DNA of 63,984 nt, counting the filler, from Alcyonidium flabelliforme (lineage: Eukaryota), in assembly GCA_026167845.1 (NCBI GenBank). It is 10 parts of 10 records of this genome, joined end to end, with 100 filler letters (N's around TTAATTAATTAA, not from the genome) between each part and the next. Parts side by side here need not be neighbours in the genome. Positions count along the whole stretch, not along the records: positions 52,929 to 57,620 come from JAOQFJ010000008.1; positions 57,721 to 61,839 come from JAOQFJ010000009.1; positions 61,940 to 63,984 come from JAOQFJ010000055.1; 7 more parts are not named here. One strand, written 5' to 3'. The translations under genes were made by a program, and so were the position numbers. Under the pieces are notes generated by a model. It was not told where the DNA came from. It searched no databases and worked only from the letters and a program-made list of their open reading frames with translations. Positions within the stretch are counted from its first letter, which is position 1, and the number at the start of each line of letters is the position of its first letter. This document shows, in pieces, positions 56,744 through 63,984 of this stretch.

Positions 56744-57620
56744 ATGTCTCTTACAGTAGAAAAAATTCATGCAGTCGCTGATGAGCTAGCAAATCAAGGC
56801 ATCAACCCAACACAGACCAAAGTTCGTGATGCGCTAGGCGGTGGTTCATTCTCAACAATTGGTGAAGCATTAAAAACGTGGAAGCAAGAACAAAAAGAGC
56901 ATGAACAGCTTAAACAGACAGATATGCCCGACGATCTAAAAGATGAAGGTATTGTTCATTTAGCAAAAGTTTGGCAGATAGCAGATAAGATTGCTAATGA
57001 CAGATTAGCAACAGCTCGTGAAGCTTTAGTAGTAGCACAAGCCAACTCAGAAGCAGAAGTTAAAGAAGCTCAAGAAGCTGTAGAGACACTAGAAAAAGAG
57101 CAAGATGATATAAAAGCGCAGCTAGCGTCTATGACTGATATATCAGATAAAGCGACTGCTGATGCAGAACGATACGTTGCAGAGCGTGATGCACTCAATA
57201 GTAAATTAATAGATACGCAGCATAAGCTAGACATACAAACAGAACGAACAAATGCAGCTACTACGCAGAATGCAGAGCTGAATACTAAGCTTGAAGCAAT
57301 ACGTGTTCAATTAGATGAAACGAAAGAAAAGCTATCAAGTGAGCAAGGGCTTTCGATGTCGTTTAAAGCAGCGAATGGAATGCAAGAGCGCGAGATTAAA
57401 AAATTAGAAGCAGAAATAAAGAGTGCTCATGATCAGAACGAAAAGACAGCAGCACAGCTAACAGAGCGTACAGCAGAGCGTGATGATTTGAATAAGAAGC
57501 TAGCTACAGCTATAGCTAAGTTAGAAGCTGCTACAGCTCAAATAGAGCAGTTCACAGCAGAACGCGAGAAACTTTATACTGAGAATAAAGAGTTAGCAGT
57601 TAATGCTAGTCAGCTAAAGA
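56744..57620 (+). CDS. kfrA: KfrA-family DNA-binding coiled-coil protein (~336 aa; continues across the circular junction to 53139)
   Basis: KfrA_N motif IHAVADEL...PTQTKVRDALGGGSFSTIGEALKTWK, followed by a long coiled coil. Confidence 0.85.
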
Positions 57621-57720
57621 NNNNNNNNNNNNNNNNNNNNNNNNNNNNNNNNNNNNNNNNNNNNTTAATTAATTAANNNNNNNNNNNNNNNNNNNNNNNN
57701 NNNNNNNNNNNNNNNNNNNN

Positions 57721-57900
57721 TTTCGTCTGATGGAGCTTGACATTCTTTAAGCCCGTTTTTCCACACGTTGGACAGGTCAGTCCAGTATTATCAGCTACGG
57801 AACGATTTCTCTGTCGATTGCGGTCCAGAGGTTGTCGTCGAGTCAGATCATTTGGCCCATTCTTCCGCCCCAACTCTCGTATGGGCCGAGGGGTATTACT
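57721..57900 (-). CDS. N-terminal zinc-finger fragment, probably the start of a HERO-like retrotransposon ORF
   Basis: CPTCGKTGLKNVKLHQTK open to the contig edge, in the same orientation as the RT ORF. Confidence 0.55.
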
Positions 57901-58257
57901 TCTTTTAGGACTTTTCGTAGCAAGTATGTTCAGTGATCAATAGGTAGCTGGCCTGTAGTATGATCAATCCGGCTGTTTACCCGGCGTCCGTGGTCTTTGC
58001 CGACTGTCAACTGTCTTTCCAGCAGTCATGTGGTACTTTCTCCACCAGCCAACCAGTACTTTCCTGGTAGTCACAGGTTCCTCCTGAGGTTCTTGCGAAA
58101 AGTTGTACATGGTATAGTGATACCGGTTAAGCTGCTACCAGGGCCTAATATCATCTTTATGGAGATGAGCACCCAATTGTTAATCTCAAGGGTAGCAACT
58201 TGAATTGGGGAAATAATGAAGGATACATATGCTTTTGTTTTGTTGGTGCGAGGTAGT

Positions 58258-61200
58258 CTATTGGCATCTAAGGTCGACGAGTGTGATGTTGGTGTCTCTG
58301 TCAATCTTCGTGTGTTTGGTCGTCTCAAAGAGTGGTGGTTCCATTTGATGGGGGTGGAATCCAGTTTGGTGACACTTCTTGAGGTAGTTGAGTCCATCAT
58401 GGGTGGTAAGATGGTAGAAACCAGTCTCTTCATAAGTTGGTGAGTAGACTATTGCTATGGCTTCTGGCATTAGTAGTTGGTAGGCTAGTTGTGTGTGGAG
58501 ATCAACACTGGAGAGGAATGCAGTCTGGGAAGGATGTGTGTGTATCCAACCCAAGGTGATTAGGTCTCTGCATGTTTGGTATGAGACCATGTCTTCTTCT
58601 CTCTCTGCTGAGCAAGAGTTCGCAGAGCCACTCTGTGTTGGGATCAGCAGATGTGTGATCTTAAGGACGTCGTTGTTAGTCGTTCCAGATAGTATTCCAC
58701 AGGTCTCGATGTTGTGCTCTGTGTTGCTGGCAGCCACTTGTGAAAAGATTGCAACTAGATCGTGTGGTATTGCAATCGTCTTCAGGCAGTGTTCACTCTG
58801 GTGTTGGCATGTCTTGTGGGTTTGTACACCTAAAGCTGCTGCGTTGCCTTCAGATGATGTAGTTCTGGGCTCTATGATGGGAGGTGTTGGTGGACTATTA
58901 ACATCTGTGTAGAACTGTTCATCTTCATCAGGATTAGTGGTCCTGGCAGATCTGTTTAAATGCAGTTTCTTGACGTTAGATGTTGTAGTCGTTGCTGAGC
59001 AGGGCTGTGTTTCTTCACCATGATGTGTCTTGGTGGTGTTGACATGTATGTCTGCTGCGTGGCTTCTAAATACTGTGTCTCTGGAGTTTGAAGACACTTG
59101 GCTGACTAGAGGAGAGGTCTCTGGACTTAGGACCAGACTTTGGTGGGTTAAACCGGTTTTGGGAGCGCTCAACCGTCGCTCTTCCCTCTGTTCTGTGTGT
59201 GTGATGTCACATCTGTGCATGTGTTGGTTTCTTCTGTTAAGCCAGATGTAATAGCTAGCTCTCATGGCTGTTCTTGAGGCATTGTCCAAGATGGGTTTGC
59301 GTTTTCCTCTTGGTATACCGAGAGCTTTGAGGCATTTGGTGAGTGAGGTGTTGTAGAATCCTCTACTTCCTACTTCAACGGGGAAGTAGTGAGTTCTCCA
59401 GCCTCGGACTTCACAGTCAGCTACTAGTTGGTCATATTTACACTTCTTTCTGGCATAGGCATTTGCCAAGTTTTCCTCTGTGGGCACAGTTAACTCTATG
59501 ATGATGACTGTTTTCGTCTTCTGAGAGTAGATGGTGATGTCGGGACGTTTTGATGTTTCACAGATCTGTGGTGGAAAAGTTGCCTGTTTGAATTCTTCGT
59601 CCATCAGAAGGATCCAGTCATTGGTCTGTTTCAAGATGTCGGTGGTATCATCTTTTACAAGGAGAAGTTCTGGGTTGTGGTAGCTTTTCCCTGTAGCAGT
59701 CTTGAACCGTGGTAGCTTGACAATATGTTGGCCATTGTCACATTCATGGTCTGACTGTTTGTTGGCGTCGTTGATGAATGGAAGTAAACCAGTTGCTATG
59801 GTCTTCAGAGTGTGGTCGTGTCGCCAGTTGTATCGGCCATCATGGAGAGAGTAATTACATCCGTTTAGGATGTGGAACAGAGTGCAGTTGTTGTGGTGGC
59901 ATAGTTGACATTTGCCAGTGTCTGTTTTTCCCCATAGTCTGAGATTTGCTGGTGATGGTAGCAGATCGTGTATGGCATTGATGTGAAATGACAGCAATTC
60001 TGGTGACCATACGTACAGCAACTTGTTCCAAGATGTATCTACTTGCATGGCAGTATCCCATTTCAGGAATTGTCCTTGTTTTGCACAGGAGTACAGGTAT
60101 GTTATCATGTGTTCTTCGTCAAGGTCTTTGATGAGACTGGAGAGACATTTCCTGTGTTCTGATGGGTTCATGGCTTTAATTGGTTTTTGATGACGATGGA
60201 AACCAAGTCCAGCTCTGTCATGCTGCCCTTTGCAAAGTTCGTTGATGAGTAGATGTCGTTCTCTATCTTCGAGTTCTTTGACTCCATTCCATCTTGACAG
60301 CTTCTGTTTCTCATGAATGCTTTCACTGTACATCTGCTGAGTGGTCTTGTCTTTGGAGTATTTGTTGAGATGGTACTTGGTCACTTGAAAGCACTTCACA
60401 GTTGTGGTGAGCTTCTTCAGTTGTAGACCAAACTTGTCTCGGCTTCTGGATAGGGCGCTAGTGGTGACAGTCCTGCATACTCCAGCCCATTTCTTGAGGT
60501 ATTTGGTACAGATTGCTTCAAGACTTTCAACAAACGACATTGGGAAGTTATAGATCGTAAATTCCCACGACAGTCTTGGAATGATGGCGTTGTTGTATAT
60601 CCACATTTTCATGATCCCATTAAGCTGGCATCTGTCTGTTGTTAGTAACATGTCGATGAGCTTCTTTTTGACCATGAGTCGTATTTCATCATCAGTTAGA
60701 TCTTTATAAAACAGCTTGCCTAGAAATTTCATGGGTTTGCTGTTTATGTAGCTGATGCTCTCTCCGTTGATTTTTAAGAGAGGGTCGTATGGGGAGTAGT
60801 GGCTATGTTGTCCTTCCTGTCGCTGTTTGTTGTTTGGTACGAACTTTTTCATGGCATGAGATTTGCATTTAACTGGTTTGGCCTTCATGGTTCGAGTCCA
60901 TTTCAGGAAAGTATCTACGACGTCTATGAGCTTTTGACAGTCCTTTGGATTTTTGGCGATGAGGGTCAAGTCATCAGCATAAGCCATTGTTGATGTCGTT
61001 ATGTGAGTTCCATGCATATGGTAACCCAAGTTGCTATGCTTCTTGAGGAGATCAAGGCAGAGGTTGAAGACTGCTATGAAAAGGATGCAAGATAGTGGGC
61101 ATCCTTGGAAGACTCCTATACCACAGTGGATCCATTTGGTTGTCCAGTCGTTGGTCTTGACTTTGATGTAGCTTTCGTCGTAGTAGTTGAAGATGATCTT

Positions 61201-61839
61201 TCTAATGGTCTCAGGAACATGGTACCATTCCATTGCATATTGGATCAGGTTATGTGGAACGGACCCATATGCATTTTGTAAATCAAGCCAGGTGGTTGCT
61301 ATTGCATTGTTCTTTTTCTTCGCATTCTGGAGGATTTCTGTTAGTGCCTCTGTGTGTTCAATACACCCTGCCATCTTTTCCATGAATCCCTTTTGTAGAG
61401 TTGTGTCGATGTATTTGTTGTCTGTAAGGAACCGTATGCTTCTCTGGGCAAGTATTCCCATGAAAAGATTTCCACTTGAGTTTTTCAGAGTTATTGGTCT
61501 GAAGTTTGCTGGGTCTGCTGTTTCTTCGTTCTTTGAAATGAGTATGGTTTCACCAACTCTCCAGCTTAGTGGTATGCTGTTTCCTTTCCAGATCTGACAC
61601 AGTATATCATGAAGAAGAGTTACAGTCATTGGGCATTTCTTCCACACCAGGTATGGAATGCGGTTTGTGCCAGGTGAACAAGCATTTCTGCGTTTATTCA
61701 AGTAACTTCTGAGTTCACTAATGGTTGGTGGTTTAGTGTTGAATGGTATCTCAGGTGCTGATGGTCGTTTTAAGCCACGTAATGGATGGTACTTATACTC
61801 TCGTTTCTTGTCAGAGTATGTATTGGTGAAGTACTTCTC
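58258..61839 (-). mobile_element. RLE-type non-LTR retrotransposon (HERO-like) ORF: RT - CCHC finger - restriction-like endonuclease - linker - JAMM/MPN+ deubiquitinase; 5' truncated
   Basis: FRPITL, LDLQNAYGSVPH, GVFQGCPLS, AYADDL; CQLC...HILNGC, RHD, RPDI...IELTVP, KKCKY, VEVGSRG; C-terminal ETCGIL...GWIHTHPSQTAFLSSVDLH; no stop between domains. Confidence 0.93.
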
Positions 61840-61939
61840 NNNNNNNNNNNNNNNNNNNNNNNNNNNNNNNNNNNNNNNNNNNNTTAATTAATTAANNNNN
61901 NNNNNNNNNNNNNNNNNNNNNNNNNNNNNNNNNNNNNNN

Positions 61940-62164
61940 GCGGGCAGCGCCAAGTATGACAAATACGGAATGATTGCGGCTTGCCTTGATCTCTACTCGG
62001 TTGGGCTCTGCAATCACGACGTCACCGATGCGTACTTCTTGGCTCGGCTCTGCGGATGTGCGCTGGGCTGGTGGCCACCATTAAACAACAAGCAGTGGGA
62101 AGCCGTCCTCACTGCTACCGGGCGGGACGTTAGCCCGCAAGAGAAACTACGCGGCATCCATTAA
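61940..62164 (+). CDS. C-terminal fragment of a possible phage RuvC-like resolvase
   Basis: AGSAKYDKYGMI...NHDVTDAYFLA resembles the RuvC C-terminal K..M...D..DA..LA pattern. Confidence 0.45.
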   Translation, partial: AGSAKYDKYGMIAACLDLYSVGLCNHDVTDAYFLARLCGCALGWWPPLNNKQWEAVLTATGRDVSPQEKLRGIH

Positions 62165-62183
62165 TTTCAAGGAGTTAGAACAC

Positions 62184-62543
62184 ATGGCAAAGGCAGAGAC
62201 AGCCAAACGCGGGACACCGCCCAAGGAACGGAAGAAAAAGAAACCGGCCGACGTCAAGTTACATCAGGGTTGGCTCGCCGATGGTGACAAGAGCATGAAG
62301 CCAAAGCGGTTCCCCGATTTGGATAAGGCGCTTGAGGCCGTGCTTGATTGTGATGAGCAAATTGCCATCAACGAAGCGGAGCGAAAGATCAACAAAGCGA
62401 GAGTTGATGAGCTCATGCGCAAGCACAAGATCGAGGGTTCGTATTTTTACGATTTCGGTTTACTCAAGTACGACTCGAAGTTGGGCAAAGCCGAGCGAAA
62501 GCTCTCGATAACCAAGGTGCCGGACAAGGCAAAGGATCAGTGA
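62184..62543 (+). CDS. Hypothetical basic phage-like protein
   Basis: AAGGAG RBS; 119 aa, Lys-rich, with a coiled segment. Confidence 0.65.
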   Translation: MAKAETAKRGTPPKERKKKKPADVKLHQGWLADGDKSMKPKRFPDLDKALEAVLDCDEQIAINEAERKINKARVDELMRKHKIEGSYFYDFGLLKYDSKLGKAERKLSITKVPDKAKDQ

Positions 62544-62641
62544 GGGAGCTTGGGCCGGCCGTGGCCCGCGTTGTTTGGGGCGTGTGTCCCGCGCGTAGGA
62601 GGGTGACGGCCGGCTCGTTTTACTTTTGAAAGAAAACCACC

Positions 62642-62968
62642 ATGCAAACACATGACGACAGCCAGCATCGGCAAGAACTCAAGGAACGTTTTATGGATCG
62701 CCTTGAGAAGCGAGCCGCGATCGGCAAGCGAAATAAGACAAGCCAAATAACAACCGGCAAGGACGGTGAGATTCCAATTGCGAGTTGGTCCGCAAACGGA
62801 ATTCATTGCCAACACTTGCCCGACGATGAGCAAGGAATTTTGCGGGTTTCAATTGGTGGTGGCGAAGGGCTACCCGTGTCGCTCGATTATTGCAACATCC
62901 GTGGCGGCGTTGGTCCGATCATTGGTTTATTGCAACGAACGATCACCGCTTTGCGTGAGGCACCATGA
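62642..62968 (+). CDS. Hypothetical protein
   Basis: 108-aa ORF with an ATGA overlap with the next ORF. Confidence 0.55.
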   Translation: MQTHDDSQHRQELKERFMDRLEKRAAIGKRNKTSQITTGKDGEIPIASWSANGIHCQHLPDDEQGILRVSIGGGEGLPVSLDYCNIRGGVGPIIGLLQRTITALREAP

Positions 62969-63189
62969 GCCACGAGATCAAATTGTTTATCAACGGAAAG
63001 CCAGCCGGCTTGGTCACCGTTTTTGATGGGCCGTGGGATAAGTTCCAAGGTACGTTTTTGGCGGGCGTGCTCGGAGATAAGTTGCGGCTCTCAACAGTGA
63101 CGGAGAAAGCGGCACGATCGTGGCACGTTAAGCCGTCGAATAACGGCAACGGCCGCGTCACCAGAAAGGACTCACCGGCCGACGGATAG
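62965..63189 (+). CDS. Hypothetical protein
   Basis: 74 aa, coupled to the upstream ORF, GAGG RBS. Confidence 0.5.
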   Translation: MSHEIKLFINGKPAGLVTVFDGPWDKFQGTFLAGVLGDKLRLSTVTEKAARSWHVKPSNNGNGRVTRKDSPADG

Positions 63190-63320
63190 CCGGTGAGTAT
63201 GGAGGGGCAAGGACGCCCCATTTTTTACAAAGACAAGTGAGTGAGCGGTTCAACGTGCTGCTAAACCATGCCGGCTACGTGCTCTCGGGCCGGCGGCTCA
63301 CTTTAACGAATGGAGCCATC

Positions 63321-63608
63321 ATGAGCAAATCGGAAGCGATACGTGAGCATCGTCGAAAGTATCTGATTTCCGCCGCGCGTGATCGAATTCACGGTGGCGT
63401 TAAGGATAGCAAGATTCTAGATATTTTTGCCGAGTCCAACCAAATCAGCAAATCAGAATCGATGGTCGTGATCGGTTTAGGTTTGTTCCGTGAGGGCGTG
63501 ATCCTTGCCTCGATTGGTGGCGGCGGGAATGACGTGCAAGCACTCAAGATCTACGCAAACTTGCGGCAAGTACTTCGCGACCAGATCAACGATGTGCTTG
63601 ATGATTGA
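63321..63608 (+). CDS. Hypothetical protein
   Basis: GGAG RBS before the ATG at 63321 (MSKSEAIREHRRK...); the ORF track extends upstream to 63237. Confidence 0.5.
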   Translation: MSKSEAIREHRRKYLISAARDRIHGGVKDSKILDIFAESNQISKSESMVVIGLGLFREGVILASIGGGGNDVQALKIYANLRQVLRDQINDVLDD

Positions 63609-63622
63609 GATGAGGCATCCCC

Positions 63623-63840
63623 CTCGCGGTTGGATTCTATGGGGGTTCGATTCCCTCTCCGCGAGTTTGAGTATTGACGTGGGAATGAGGACGGGAGCGT
63701 CACAAAACAATTTGCCGTTGCGGTGCTTGCTACCGGGCGAGGTAGTGGACAAACCGAAATAGGATGTGACAACGGCGGGCAACGCGACCCGTCCTCAAAA
63801 CAACAGAGCCGACTGCGAGCGTGGTGTTCGGAGTCGGAGC
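63623..63840 (+). ncRNA. Candidate structured non-coding RNA(s): tRNA-like minihelix, multi-stem domain and hairpin
   Basis: GGGGG-TTCGATT-CCCTC T arm inside CTCGCGG/CCGCGAG, followed by nested stems (detailed in findings). Confidence 0.45.
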
Positions 63841-63984
63841 CAATAGTTTATCAAGTTTTCGCAAGGATTGACACGCCCATGGGGGGAGGGGGGGCCTATT
63901 AGCGCTTAGCGGAACCGGGAAAGGGGAAGCCCGAAACGGGCATTGATGCCGAAGTTGAGCGCAGCGAAACGAGGCTCGGCTTGT

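Larger units (their letters stand above)
52929..57620. mobile_element. Complete small mobilisable circular plasmid, ~4615 bp
   Basis: The first 77 nt (52929-53005) are identical to the last 77 nt (57544-57620); carries rep, mob and kfrA genes. Confidence 0.93.

Noticed and set aside
58493..61597. Plus-strand ORFs overlapping the retrotransposon (and similar antisense ORFs over pol, RES and Polinton genes)
   Set aside because: Shadow ORFs antisense to well-supported genes, with no motifs of their own.
63623..63665. Canonical tRNA or tmRNA gene
   Set aside because: No D or anticodon arm, no CCA and no Ala identity pair or tag ORF visible; kept only as a tRNA-like element.

Overview
The window is not one locus. 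It is ten unrelated contigs joined by artificial 100-nt N...TTAATTAATTAA...N linkers, probably from a marine invertebrate-associated metagenome. (1) 1-12471: an AT-rich gammaproteobacterial defence-type island that appears to end at a tRNA-derived att site. It holds a ~1900-aa nuclease-STAND NTPase (Avs-like), a RES-domain gene, a translationally coupled three-gene operon with two PLD-fold (HDR-motif) proteins, and a truncated IS1595/IS1016-type element. (2) 12572-21973: a Polinton/Maverick (adintovirus-type) virion module with packaging ATPase, chromodomain integrase (one premature stop), penton, hexon and adenain, plus a 3-exon secreted-protein gene. (3) 22074-30369: part of an invertebrate mitogenome with all genes on the minus strand. 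(4) 30470-37024 and (7) 48067-52828: probable fungal DNA. (5) 37125-42691: a Ty3/Gypsy LTR retrotransposon with a -1 frameshift signal. (6) 42792-47966: a bacterial Wzx/Wzy polysaccharide cluster. (8) 52929-57620: a complete ~4.6-kb circular plasmid (HUH Rep, MOBQ relaxase, KfrA). (9) 57721-61839: an RLE-type (HERO-like) non-LTR retrotransposon whose ORF continues in frame into an intact AMSH/STAMBP-type JAMM deubiquitinase domain. (10) 61940-63984: a GC-rich phage-like fragment ending in strongly base-paired non-coding DNA. The best candidates for novelty are the RT-RLE-JAMM fusion, the twin-PLD three-gene operon, and the structured RNA cluster in contig 10. All calls rest on motif reading by eye; no database searches were run, and tRNA/rRNA boundaries are approximate.
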